This document shows, one piece after another, positions 28,397 through 38,002 of a stretch of DNA of 64,000 nt. The DNA comes from a virus. Location: IMG/VR virus record IMGVR_UViG_3300017605_000906, positions 5,397 through 69,396 of that record; one strand, written 5' to 3'. Position 1 is the first letter of the stretch; every line of letters starts with the position of its first letter. A program made the position numbers and the translations under genes. A model generated the notes under the pieces. The model was not told the origin of the DNA. It ran no database searches and saw only the letters and a list, made by a program, of their open reading frames with translations.

Positions 28397-29083
28397 TCAT
28401 GTTGTTTGTGCATACGTTGTGATTGCGTTGATGGTAAAATTATGGCGACGGCGCGGCCCGTTAGTTTCCAATCCCAATGGAACAATGGCCCCCGTGCGCG
28501 AAATGTTCTGCACGAGAAAGACCAGTCCCGATTCGGTTTCTACCTCAACGTTGTTCTGCGCGTCGAGCGCAAGCGCAATCTCATTCGCTTTCGCCCACAC
28601 GACAGGATAGTCAATTCCACGCACGCGTATCTGAATTCCCGGATGCTCAATCTTCTCACCCGTGGACATAATGCGTCCGTCTGACGTCCCTGCCGTATCA
28701 TACACGCAAATTGCCTGGTCGGGCAGCTCTTCAGGCATAAACGAAATGAACGCAGGCCATTCATAGGTATCGTATGCAGCTGAAAACGAGCCTAGACCTA
28801 CGCCTTGAGGGCCATGCGACCACGTGCCACTTGGAAACTGTGCTTCTGAAATGAAGTAATAATTTGAGGCCGGTGCAAGCAACTCGAACACTCTCCAGAC
28901 TCCAGCCTCTAAAATGATTCCGTAATCAGGTGAGACGGGTTGCTCCCAATAGGTGGGACTCAACTTGATGTAAGGTCCATGCGCCCCCGTGCTCGGGTTG
29001 GTGGCAAACAGTGACGTGGACGATACGCCACACAACCCAAGGTCTGCAAGCAACTGGTGTATGATTTGCGCGGGGCTGCTCAT
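28397..29083 (-). CDS. tail terminator-like protein with insertion
   Basis: Start MSSPAQ; AICVYDTAG..DGR, PGIQIRVRG, FTINA. Confidence 0.72.
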   Translation of the reverse strand: MSSPAQIIHQLLADLGLCGVSSTSLFATNPSTGAHGPYIKLSPTYWEQPVSPDYGIILEAGVWRVFELLAPASNYYFISEAQFPSGTWSHGPQGVGLGSFSAAYDTYEWPAFISFMPEELPDQAICVYDTAGTSDGRIMSTGEKIEHPGIQIRVRGIDYPVVWAKANEIALALDAQNNVEVETESGLVFLVQNISRTGAIVPLGLETNGPRRRHNFTINAITTYAQTT

Positions 29084-29487
29084 AGCTTTGCCATTTCTCG
29101 AATCTCCCTCAACAGTTGCGGAGCCATTCGTCGAATCGGCTCCTCCAGAAATTTGGCTTGTGCTTTCCCTTGCGGGTCCCAATGGGAGCCGCGCCCGCTC
29201 GCTCGCGGGACTCCTTTTAGCTTCATACCTACCGCCTCATGCACGAACAGCGCATAGAATGCTGTGTAGCCTACCTGGACTTCCGTTTTGTATCCCGAAC
29301 CTGTCGCACGAGTGAATGCAGAATTCTTCAAGTTGCCCAAATCCACGGGGACCAGCCCCTGACTCTCACGTTGGATACGGAGCCCCGCTATCTTGAGCGC
29401 ACGCTCGACGTTCGCCCCGATACGCGCATCAGCTTTCTTCAGGTTGTTAAGCACCTGTTGCGTTCCTTTGATGCTGCTGCGAATCAT
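29080..29487 (-). CDS. HK97 gp10-like neck/tail completion protein
   Basis: VPVDLGNLKNSA, VGYTAFYALFVHE, AKFLEEP. Confidence 0.82.
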   Translation of the reverse strand: MIRSSIKGTQQVLNNLKKADARIGANVERALKIAGLRIQRESQGLVPVDLGNLKNSAFTRATGSGYKTEVQVGYTAFYALFVHEAVGMKLKGVPRASGRGSHWDPQGKAQAKFLEEPIRRMAPQLLREIREMAKL

Positions 29488-29828
29488 AAAAATGCGGTCA
29501 GCAATGTCTCCGTCGCCTTGAGATTAGGGTTCTGGTCAAACCTCCGAATCTCAAAAGCATCATCCAACGTCAATGGGTCACTGGGCTCGTCAGACTCTAT
29601 GTCTCCCTGGCGCAATCTATCGCCGACGCGCATGACACGGTCCACATAGACTGCTGCACGTGACTGCTGCGTCTCTCCCTGCGCGTCGAGGAACGCCTGG
29701 ATGGTATCGTCCCATCTGCAATCCACTTCCACCGGCTCTGCAAATCCATATTGGCCGAATGTATTGGGCGATTCGTTGCGTGCCCACCAAACGGCTTTCT
29801 GCTTGCGCATTTTGCGAATGATACTCAT
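29484..29828 (-). CDS. head closure protein
   Basis: FGQYGFAEPVEVDCRW; position in neck module. Confidence 0.65.
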   Translation of the reverse strand: MSIIRKMRKQKAVWWARNESPNTFGQYGFAEPVEVDCRWDDTIQAFLDAQGETQQSRAAVYVDRVMRVGDRLRQGDIESDEPSDPLTLDDAFEIRRFDQNPNLKATETLLTAFL

Positions 29829-30565
29829 ATCATCACAGCGGGTAACATTGCGGCTACTTCATGGGTCATCGGTATGCCTTGAACGCGAACGGTAGGTTGA
29901 TTCTCCAGTAGCATTGAGAACAACTGCGCATATTCCATCTTTTCAAAGCAGTCCAAGCGAGACGTTCCATCCGTTACATTAATGACCTTGACGCCTTCAG
30001 GGAGCGACGACTTGACGCATTGGAAGCCGCGTAAGAATCGCTTGAACGTGAACTCCTGTGTGGTCTTGGGATTGTGGTCGTGCCAATGCGATTTGCTATG
30101 CTGATTGCACAGGTCATATCCTAGCAAGTAAATCGAGACGGCGCCCAGGGAGATGGCCAAGTTGATTGCCAGGGCGCCGGTGGAATAGTTCCACCCTAAA
30201 GTAGTCCCCGAGTGAATCCCATCCCGCTGGCGTGCGGTCTTTAATAGATACGGAACATTCATGGGTATCAATGACGGCGCATTCGAGACCACACGACCGG
30301 TGAATGTTTCCAATTTGAATTTGTTATGTTGCCACCAATTGGCATCTCCGAACACGCAATACTTTACAATGTCTCCGCCCAGACTGAATGCATCATTCGC
30401 GCCGATGACGTGCTCGGGTTTGAGCAGCGAGAAATCAAAGCCCCGTAATGAGGGACCACCGCCAATCAAGAATGCACGACCGCCGCCCCACTCTTTGGCA
30501 GGGAACCAGAGCTGGGCGTAGGAGCGCTGTTGTTGTTGGCGAATGGTCCTCATTTGGTTCCTCAC
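29825..30565 (-). CDS. Maf/DUF115/GT29-like transferase
   Basis: LIGGGPSL, VIGANDA, STG..AINLA..LGA..IYLLGYD. Confidence 0.68.
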   Translation of the reverse strand: MRNQMRTIRQQQQRSYAQLWFPAKEWGGGRAFLIGGGPSLRGFDFSLLKPEHVIGANDAFSLGGDIVKYCVFGDANWWQHNKFKLETFTGRVVSNAPSLIPMNVPYLLKTARQRDGIHSGTTLGWNYSTGALAINLAISLGAVSIYLLGYDLCNQHSKSHWHDHNPKTTQEFTFKRFLRGFQCVKSSLPEGVKVINVTDGTSRLDCFEKMEYAQLFSMLLENQPTVRVQGIPMTHEVAAMLPAVMI

Positions 30566-30575
30566 GGGGGCACTA

Positions 30576-30974
30576 TTAATCAGGTTGAGTTTCCACTTGG
30601 CTATTCTCCAGCGGCGTGCCTAGCCATGTGATTTGGGCATTGATTCTCCCAAGTGAAAGCTTGGTCAGCAGGCCACTCGTATCGAGCACCTGTGCCATTT
30701 GTCCATAGTGTGATGTATTGAGTTTCAATGCCACTGCAGATTGATAACTCGCACCGACGGGACCCGCACGTTCCGATGTGACACGCGGGTCCCGCATGCA
30801 ATAGAAATGCGCTGACAGCCATCGCTCGATTAGTTCCAGTGTCTCATCGCTATGACCCGAGTCAGTGGCGATGGCGGTGACAAGTGAACTTGCAGCCTCG
30901 ATGAATGGCGCCAACGGTATCGTGGCGTCCACCTCGATGATAGCTTCAACAGCCGCAGAGGTGGTGCGTGCCAT
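30576..30974 (-). CDS. head-tail adaptor
   Basis: IERWLSAHF, SE.AG....SY, TSHYGQMA..LD.SG.L. Confidence 0.75.
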   Translation of the reverse strand: MARTTSAAVEAIIEVDATIPLAPFIEAASSLVTAIATDSGHSDETLELIERWLSAHFYCMRDPRVTSERAGPVGASYQSAVALKLNTSHYGQMAQVLDTSGLLTKLSLGRINAQITWLGTPLENSQVETQPD

Positions 30975-30977
30975 AAT

Positions 30978-31358
30978 TTATTCCTTCCAATCGTCGCCCT
31001 TGACTTTGGACGATGACTTTTTTGGGGTTGATTTGGCGTGAGCAGTTTTCTTCGCGGGCGCGGGGACGCTCGCGGGCGCTGGAGGACTCGCTACGGAAAC
31101 GCTCGGCGCCGTCTCCAGGTTCGCTCCAGACGAGGTTTCGTCCTCGGATGGACTGGAAGTAACGGAACCAGGCGCCCGATTAGGCGCAACGGGAGGTTCA
31201 TCGACGTATGCGACTCTGCGCACCTCGCCCAAGTCTTCAAATTTCTCGGGGAACATTTTATCCAAAGGCTGTTCAGAGTTGACAGTCTGTCCCTTGGTGT
31301 ATTTCTTTTTGGTCCGGCCGTCAACGTGTTGACCGGCCTTTATTTTGTATGCGTTCAT
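30978..31358 (-). CDS. hypothetical virion-associated protein with S/T/P-rich tail
   Basis: Directly after MCP; low-complexity PASVPAP/SSPS region. Confidence 0.65.
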   Translation of the reverse strand: MNAYKIKAGQHVDGRTKKKYTKGQTVNSEQPLDKMFPEKFEDLGEVRRVAYVDEPPVAPNRAPGSVTSSPSEDETSSGANLETAPSVSVASPPAPASVPAPAKKTAHAKSTPKKSSSKVKGDDWKE

Positions 31359-31379
31359 TTTGCCTTTCTTTTGTTAACG

Positions 31380-31414
31380 GGTCGGGAGGAGATTCGCTTT
31401 TCCTCCTCCCGACC
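31380..31414 (-). terminator. hairpin downstream of major capsid gene
   Basis: GGTCGGGAGG / CCTCCCGACC stem. Confidence 0.5.
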
Positions 31415-31447
31415 ACGAATCTGGATGTTGCTCTTTTTGCTTGCAGC

Positions 31448-32503
31448 TTACAGAGCAGAGCCGTGCACGATACCGGTGTTGCCGTAATGGTCTGCGCGCA
31501 GTTGCGGGACCAAGATGGCCATCACTTTGAAGTGCAACCGCATCCCGCCCATGGTTTCCCACTGAACGGTGGTGATGTCCATGCCGATGACTTCACGGAT
31601 AACATCGCTGGTCATCTGGACGAGCACCAGCTGGTAGCCCGTGAGATGGTCAGCCGTGCGCACGCCCTGGATGCCACTGATAGCTTCCAAACGCTGACGC
31701 AAGGTGTTGTCACCCTTCTGGCTGCTGTAGTCGTCATCGAGGAACTGGTCCCACGACGGACTGTTGTAGACCACCCACGGACCGTAGTGGTGTGCGTCCT
31801 CGCTCTGCTGGCGCATGGCGAGCACGTCTTGCACGGTCTGCGCAGGCGTCCAATCACTCTCCAGCGGGGAGATGAGCGTGCGCGTCAAGCGTGACGGGAA
31901 GTTGGTCAGGCCGTAAATCGTCCCACCACCGTAGGCGTAGGTCGAAGAAACACCCAACAACAACCGTTCTGCTTCCTCCGACACGCGCCGCGCAGCCAAC
32001 TGGCCCATGGTCGTGTCGATGGAGGCACCGATGTTGCGCGACGCCGCCAACTGACGCGCATTGAAATAAAAGTCCTTGTGAATGACCGGGAGCGGTAAAT
32101 TGGTCAAGTCATACTCGGGACGGTCACCTTCGCTCTGTCGCGCCGGGTCCATGCTGATGGTCGCCGACGTGATGTCGCTCACAGTTTCCGTTTCGAGCAC
32201 AGTCTTGCCCATTCCGTTCGGGATGTTAAACGTCAATCCCGCCGCCCGAATGTCCGCCACCACGCGCAGACGTTCCTTCGCCGCCATGACGATGGCTTCA
32301 TCGAGAATCTTCCACTCCTCGTGCCGCAACGTAGCGTTGGCGACGGGAAGGGGAACCGACTTCAGTTTGCCACCTTCGTTCTTGGCGATGTAATGCCGCC
32401 CATCCTTGCCCACCCAGGGACGCAGTGCCGCAACGTCGAATCCATTTGCCAGAAGGGTCGTTGCGACTGCCCCCTGAGCTTGGCCATTAAGAATTAAGTC
32501 CAT
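31448..32503 (-). CDS. major capsid protein (HK97 fold, linocin-M18/encapsulin-like)
   Basis: EEWKILDEAIV, LPLPVIHKDF.FNARQLAASR, IYGLTNFP; follows protease and decoration genes. Confidence 0.88.
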   Translation of the reverse strand: MDLILNGQAQGAVATTLLANGFDVAALRPWVGKDGRHYIAKNEGGKLKSVPLPVANATLRHEEWKILDEAIVMAAKERLRVVADIRAAGLTFNIPNGMGKTVLETETVSDITSATISMDPARQSEGDRPEYDLTNLPLPVIHKDFYFNARQLAASRNIGASIDTTMGQLAARRVSEEAERLLLGVSSTYAYGGGTIYGLTNFPSRLTRTLISPLESDWTPAQTVQDVLAMRQQSEDAHHYGPWVVYNSPSWDQFLDDDYSSQKGDNTLRQRLEAISGIQGVRTADHLTGYQLVLVQMTSDVIREVIGMDITTVQWETMGGMRLHFKVMAILVPQLRADHYGNTGIVHGSAL

Positions 32504-32550
32504 ATTGTTTTTTGTTTGTCTGTGTTTTTGATTTCGCGGTTTTGGACTTA

Positions 32551-32994
32551 TTACAGAATGCGCACTTTGATGCGCTCGTCCACATCGTTAGAATCGGAAG
32601 CATCCACCGCCTCCAAAGGCTTCGCGATGCGAATGTCAGTGGAACTGGCCACCTTCAAAGCACCGTCGCCGTTGCTGGTGAGAAAGTCATCCAGCGTGAC
32701 GGTTTCACCGCCGCTCAACCAGGCATACACGATGTCGCCGGGTTTGCAGATGGTGAAGGACACCAGGTCATCGGTGGCGTAATTGTCATCGATACCATTT
32801 CCCTGGAGGGCGTCCTCCAAGGCGAAGGCTTTTTCAGCCCAGCCACCAGCGGTCGGATGCTTGAGCATCTTGCCCGTGCTCGCCTGGTCAATCAAGTCGC
32901 CCGGGCGAATCGCACCACCAGCTCGTGCTTCCTCGTGCACGCCGTAATCACCACGCAGGTGAATACGCTTCGGAGTTTCAGAATTGTGTGCCAT
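32551..32994 (-). CDS. capsid decoration/cement protein
   Basis: AGGAIRPGDLI, FALED.LQG.GI, LTSNGDGALK; position. Confidence 0.72.
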   Translation of the reverse strand: MAHNSETPKRIHLRGDYGVHEEARAGGAIRPGDLIDQASTGKMLKHPTAGGWAEKAFALEDALQGNGIDDNYATDDLVSFTICKPGDIVYAWLSGGETVTLDDFLTSNGDGALKVASSTDIRIAKPLEAVDASDSNDVDERIKVRIL

Positions 32995-33038
32995 AATCTT
33001 TTGTCTGTTTCAGTCAGTTATCGGTTGCGTGCCTTGAC

Positions 33039-34583
33039 TTAGTTAGTCTTGGCGCGGGTGAAATTCATCACCGGGACTTCGAGCGGCGTTTCCTCAGTGG
33101 CGGTGTTCTCCGCCGGAGCCATACCCGCGTAGTTCGGGGCCAGTCGATTCCGCTCGGGAGTCTCGGGCGATGCCAAACGTGCGATGTTCTTCAACTCACC
33201 CAACGGACGATTGTTCAAATCCTCCTTGGTGAATGGGTTGTTCTTGTTCGCCATGATGGCGTCGACAAGCCGCGCCTTCTCGTCGTTGTAGACCGAGAGA
33301 CTGTTGTTCAGGACCTCTTGCATCTCCCGGGGAGCTGCGGCGATGTAGTCTTGAATCAAGACCACCTTGGGAGTGGCCTTGCCTTCACCCTCGCCGTTCT
33401 GGTTTTCCACCTTGGACGCCTCCGCATTCTTGGCAGCCTTTTTCTTGGCGGCGGCTTCCTTGTCGGCTTCCTCATCCTCTTTCTTTTTCGGAGGGAAGGT
33501 TGCATTGTGAATCAGCTGAAGCTGACTCTCGCTCATCGCCATCAACACCGTGCGGTCCGTTTCAGCCCAACCCGCATTGGCCGTGATGATGGCACTCACC
33601 GTTTTTTCTTTGTTCATGTTTTCTTTTTGGTTGGTAGACAGCCTTTGATTGCCCACATAGGCACCATCAGCTGTCTGATATTCGGTCACTCTCTGCACCT
33701 CAACGGGCGTCTCGTCGCTGAGTTTTACAACCTCCCCGTCCATCATGTAACTCAAACGCCAAAGTTTCCCATCGTAATCGTAAATGAAAAAGCCGTCATA
33801 CACGTCACAGACGTAGGCATATTTGTAAGGCACTGAATTGCTGGGATACTTATCGAGCAACGCCGAGTGCAACGCCGAGGTGATGTTGGAGAAGGACATC
33901 TTGTTCTCCACGAGATGATTTCCCATCAACTCGTTGCCACGTTTCACCATCACAGGGTCCTTCGCCTTCTCGCCCTTCTTGACCATCGCGAGACCCTGGG
34001 CGACTATCGCTTCACGATTCTGCTGGTTGCGCAGAAATCCAGCGCCGTCAGAAATCGAGCACGCTCCAATCTGGTCAGGGAGCAACGCCAAGTGGTCGGG
34101 ACGATAGTTGCGCGCAATGCCCGTATATTCCTCCTCCTTCCAAACACCCGACTCGTCATCCACGTCGATGAAGACGCCCGTGGATAGCTCCATGACCTCC
34201 TTGTTCTCCACCGCTTCCATGATGCGCTCGTCCACTTTGTTGGCGAGTGTCTTTTCAATCCACGCTTCCGACTTCAGCTTGCCCGACTCATAGCGAGTGT
34301 TCAACATCACACCCACCTTGCGCGAATTCAAAATGTGCGGGTCGCAGGCGGAGACCGATTCGCCGTTCATCGATGGATGATAGACCACAATGGGTTTGTG
34401 ATTCCAGACAGCGGGAGTCTTGCTCAACTCATTCTTGGGGTAGTAGATGGGCCCCATCGAGCCGCTGTGAACGCCTTCAGTCAAGATGACCATCGGCACC
34501 ACGATGTGTTCGCGTCCTTCCAAGGTATCGAAGCGACAACCTTTGGGAAGGAGATTGCAAATCAATCTTGCGTATTTTGACAT
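33039..34583 (-). CDS. prohead protease/scaffold (DUF2213-like)
   Basis: EGVH.G, WNHKPIVVYHP, ELSTG, PDHLALLPDQIGACSISDGAG; start MSKYA. Confidence 0.85.
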   Translation of the reverse strand: MSKYARLICNLLPKGCRFDTLEGREHIVVPMVILTEGVHSGSMGPIYYPKNELSKTPAVWNHKPIVVYHPSMNGESVSACDPHILNSRKVGVMLNTRYESGKLKSEAWIEKTLANKVDERIMEAVENKEVMELSTGVFIDVDDESGVWKEEEYTGIARNYRPDHLALLPDQIGACSISDGAGFLRNQQNREAIVAQGLAMVKKGEKAKDPVMVKRGNELMGNHLVENKMSFSNITSALHSALLDKYPSNSVPYKYAYVCDVYDGFFIYDYDGKLWRLSYMMDGEVVKLSDETPVEVQRVTEYQTADGAYVGNQRLSTNQKENMNKEKTVSAIITANAGWAETDRTVLMAMSESQLQLIHNATFPPKKKEDEEADKEAAAKKKAAKNAEASKVENQNGEGEGKATPKVVLIQDYIAAAPREMQEVLNNSLSVYNDEKARLVDAIMANKNNPFTKEDLNNRPLGELKNIARLASPETPERNRLAPNYAGMAPAENTATEETPLEVPVMNFTRAKTN

Positions 34584-34691
34584 AGGCTTTTGGTTTCTGG
34601 TTTCATTTCTCGCACCTTTTGGAACACACGGCTGTAACAATCGTGTTCATTAATACGGAACAGACTGAGGTGTAAAGCAGAAATTTGCTGT

Positions 34692-35129
34692 TCAGCTTCC
34701 GCGCAGCAGCTGCTGCATGTGCTTCTCCAACTCCTGAGCAGGGTCTTTGGGCACAAACGGATGCAGAATGATAAGACGGGTCATCAAATTGATAGTCGTC
34801 TGCTCGACATCATTGGGCACTATCAGTGCTTTCAATTCGCTCGACGTGACAGGGTTTCCAATTTCTCCACACATGATTTTGAGCGACTCTCCCAGCAGCT
34901 GGTATTGATGGCACATTACGTTCATCTGCACAATCAAGTCCCCATATCCAGATTCGGTCAAGCGTTGCTGCGCTGCGTTAGTCTCCAGAACTTTCCAACG
35001 CCGACTCACCTCAGCGACAGTGAGCCCTAGCTTCTGCGCAATCCACTCGTCGGGCATGTTGAGCAGTTTGTAGCGAGCCAATACGGAGTCGTCAGTGAGC
35101 GGTGGTGAGTTTTTTTGGTTTGGATTCAT
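34692..35129 (-). CDS. HTH-containing hypothetical protein
   Basis: EWIAQKLGLTVAEVSRRW helix-turn-helix. Confidence 0.55.
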   Translation of the reverse strand: MNPNQKNSPPLTDDSVLARYKLLNMPDEWIAQKLGLTVAEVSRRWKVLETNAAQQRLTESGYGDLIVQMNVMCHQYQLLGESLKIMCGEIGNPVTSSELKALIVPNDVEQTTINLMTRLIILHPFVPKDPAQELEKHMQQLLRGS

Positions 35130-35952
35130 AGTTCGTGATTCGTTCCAGCAACACCTTGCGATTCTGCCCCATCTTAATCGCGCTGCGATAGCGATGGTCA
35201 GTGCTCGGTGCATGCCAACGATGGAGCAAGCACAGTTTATGAGCGTTCCAAAGTTCCCGCGCCTTGCGCCGACTTATTTCATCCCGACAGCGATGCGTCA
35301 CATTTTGGATGGTGATAGGTCCCGGTAGTGGCTCGCGATTCTGGAAGTGCCGTTCCAACATGTAGATTTGGTGATAGTCTTCCCAGCCATAGCCACGGAA
35401 GCGTTCATCACATCCTCCCAAATCCAAATAGTCTGATTGGCGGCAGACAAAATTAGTCGCAGCCGGCATCACCGTGCGTGAAACAGAACACGTGCCCCAG
35501 TTGTTGGTCAAAAATGCATACTCGCCTTCAAGCACCGGCATGTGGTTAGCTCCCAACCGATTCAGGGTCACAGCTTGCGTGGTATACATCATGCCTACAT
35601 TGAACCACTCACGAGGCGTTGCTGAAACCAGCAAGAGCTCAGCAAGCTTGGGGAAAAAGTCCACGCTGGGGATTGTGTCCACGTCGAGTTTCATAATCCA
35701 CTCGGTGTCTGCCTCCAACGCCCCGAGATTATGATAATGGCCTATGCTCTTATCTCCCGGGGCGTGGTCCACCATCTCGATGAACTTGAAATTCTCGAAG
35801 TGGTTCAAGTAGTCTCTCGCTCCCGCGGGCGCGGGCTCGCCTACGAAATAAACGATATGGCGCAACCAAGGGCGCGTGGCTCCGGCCATCGCCGCCAGCC
35901 ACACGCGCAACGTCTCGGGACGTTTCCAATAGGGAGTGATGGTGGTTATCAT
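35092..35952 (-). CDS. GT2/GT7-like glycosyltransferase
   Basis: TITPYWKRPETL, NLGA, KLDVD (DxD), GGCDERFRGYGWED, HRWH. Confidence 0.82.
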   Translation of the reverse strand: MITTITPYWKRPETLRVWLAAMAGATRPWLRHIVYFVGEPAPAGARDYLNHFENFKFIEMVDHAPGDKSIGHYHNLGALEADTEWIMKLDVDTIPSVDFFPKLAELLLVSATPREWFNVGMMYTTQAVTLNRLGANHMPVLEGEYAFLTNNWGTCSVSRTVMPAATNFVCRQSDYLDLGGCDERFRGYGWEDYHQIYMLERHFQNREPLPGPITIQNVTHRCRDEISRRKARELWNAHKLCLLHRWHAPSTDHRYRSAIKMGQNRKVLLERITNYESKPKKLTTAH

Positions 35953-36121
35953 TCTGTTATGGTCTGTTGCTCTTTATTTCGCCGGGCTTGCGCTCGCAAC
36001 GTCTCTACTGTTTCAGGAGTGAAGATGAGATAAGGAGAAGCGAATAGTGCCTCCAGTCGCTCCTCCAAATCGGGGCAGGTGCACTGCAGCAAGGTGTTGT
36101 CGCATCTGCAGCAGTGCATAC

Positions 36122-36688
36122 TCAAGGTCCGTATTGGAGACGCAGCATCGTGCCGATTTGATTGGTAGGAAAATAAGCATAGTCCTCCATATCGACGTGC
36201 TGAACATCGACAGTGGTCCAATTCGCCCCATCTTGGGAAGTCTGCGTTGAGATTGTGATAGGCGCAGATACGGCCTTGTTCACACGATTCGTAAGGTTCG
36301 GACATGTAGGCGGAGCGTCGCCGGGTTTATCATAGGGGCCACTGATTTTCTTCCACCCTTCGATTTGACATTGCTTATCGGTGGCAGTGCCTACCCAAGT
36401 TCCAGTGGGAGTCTCGCCATCCCATAGCCAGTAGTATTTTGGTGCACACTTCTTGGATATGACATAGATGGCGCCCACTGCGACTGCGACCACTGCAACT
36501 GCGCAGGCGATTAGTGCCCAGTCCTGCGGCGGTGGTTCCTCATCTGCTTTGATTTGAATGGGGAGGGCGACGAGTAACGCAATCAACAGCAACGTGATTG
36601 CCCAATATGATTTACTTGTTCGTGTTTGCATAGTTTGTATTTGCATAGTTCGAGTTATAGCCCTGGCGCACAGCTCGATACACTTCAC
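36122..36688 (-). CDS. membrane/secreted protein
   Basis: Signal peptide, second TM segment, C-terminal TSQDGANWTTV motif. Confidence 0.55.
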   Translation of the reverse strand: MKCIELCARAITRTMQIQTMQTRTSKSYWAITLLLIALLVALPIQIKADEEPPPQDWALIACAVAVVAVAVGAIYVISKKCAPKYYWLWDGETPTGTWVGTATDKQCQIEGWKKISGPYDKPGDAPPTCPNLTNRVNKAVSAPITISTQTSQDGANWTTVDVQHVDMEDYAYFPTNQIGTMLRLQYGP

Positions 36689-36819
36689 GGGAGGACGCCC
36701 GCTCGTTTTCTCGACTTACCTTGAGCTGCCCGAGTAGCGACGAGATGAGCATACAGAGCAGCACACAGATTGTGCACCAGATAATGTGCACATGGAGATT
36801 CTCAAAAGGAACGTGTTGA

Positions 36820-37446
36820 TTATGGTTTAGCATAGAACTTGTCTCCCCATTTACTTCCGGTCATCTTGGTTTCTAATCCGACAAAGCCATATTCGGCGAG
36901 ATAGGCGTCAATTTCCACCGTGCGTGGACAGCCCTTGTAGAGTTCAGCCTCATTCACTTCGATATAGGCATACTTGAACTGGTGCAGTAAATCGCCTATA
37001 CCCCACAGCGCTTTCAACTCCGCGCCCTGTAAGTCGACATTCAAAAACCAATCGCCCGGCGCAAAATCGCTCGCTGTCCAGATATGGTCGATGCGCGATG
37101 TGCGCAATGTGATGTAGCGCGTGAACTTTACCGTCGGGTGCTCGACAGAGTGCGTGCCGAATTCCAGAAACGACGAGGACTGCCCACCGTTCGACGAGAT
37201 ATTGAACTTCACTACCTCATCTTGCACATCACTAATGCAGGCGTTGACGGCGATTTGTCCCGGGAAGCGAGCGATGTGACGACATAGGGCGCGGAATAGA
37301 TTCGGCTCCGCCTCGACCCAAATCACTTTAGGTATCTTCAAGTCTTGGTATTGCTCTGCCTCCTGTCCCGTATTCGCTCCAAGATGAAGCACACCAGAGG
37401 TCTTTATTTTGTGCCTCTGAAACAATTCATGGAATGGTATCAACAT
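36820..37446 (-). CDS. FkbM-family methyltransferase
   Basis: VLHLGANTGQE, WVEAEP, SSSFL, LNVDLQGAELKAL, YIEV, WGD; start MLIPF. Confidence 0.88.
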   Translation of the reverse strand: MLIPFHELFQRHKIKTSGVLHLGANTGQEAEQYQDLKIPKVIWVEAEPNLFRALCRHIARFPGQIAVNACISDVQDEVVKFNISSNGGQSSSFLEFGTHSVEHPTVKFTRYITLRTSRIDHIWTASDFAPGDWFLNVDLQGAELKALWGIGDLLHQFKYAYIEVNEAELYKGCPRTVEIDAYLAEYGFVGLETKMTGSKWGDKFYAKP

Positions 37447-37456
37447 ATCGTCCTTA

Positions 37457-38002
37457 TTATCTGCGACAAATGAAGTAGGCTCCCGCATCGGCAAAATGGT
37501 CCTCGGGCAACAATACTGCCTGGAAGCCATGTTCATTACAGAAATCATTCACAGCAGCCTTCACTCCATAATTGGGATTCAGGTAGTCGTGGAATGCCAT
37601 CACGCCTCCATCCACCAACTTGGGACACCACGTGCGCGCATCTGTAATGGCGCCCTCATAAGAGTGGTCTGCGTCGACATTGACGAACGCCAGTGACCTA
37701 TCGGGGACGCGCAGCGCCATCGCGGTAGATTCGCCTCTCAGTATCACAGCACGCTCGCCGAAACGAGCCACACGTTTTACAGCCGCTTCATAATTCTCGT
37801 CATGCCATTTTTGTGGGCTGCTCGAATCGCCTTTTACATCAGCGTAACTCCAGCGGTCCACCATATAGACTTTAGGGAATTGAATGGGCCACGCGAGAAT
37901 GTCTGCACTGAAAAAGCCTTCCGCCACTCCGATTTCAGCCGCGTTCCCTTTTGGGGCGTCCAGTAACAGTTTCCAAATATCCCTGCGATGTCTGATGCTC
38001 AT
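37457..38002 (-). CDS. Methyltransf_24-type class I methyltransferase
   Basis: AEIGVAEG, MVDRW, VNVDADHSYE, GGVMAFHDY, GVKAAV. Confidence 0.87.
   Translation of the reverse strand: MSIRHRRDIWKLLLDAPKGNAAEIGVAEGFFSADILAWPIQFPKVYMVDRWSYADVKGDSSSPQKWHDENYEAAVKRVARFGERAVILRGESTAMALRVPDRSLAFVNVDADHSYEGAITDARTWCPKLVDGGVMAFHDYLNPNYGVKAAVNDFCNEHGFQAVLLPEDHFADAGAYFICRR

Noticed and set aside
31448-32503. Encapsulin nanocompartment or bacteriocin
   Set aside because: Context of portal, protease, decoration and neck genes shows it is the phage capsid protein.
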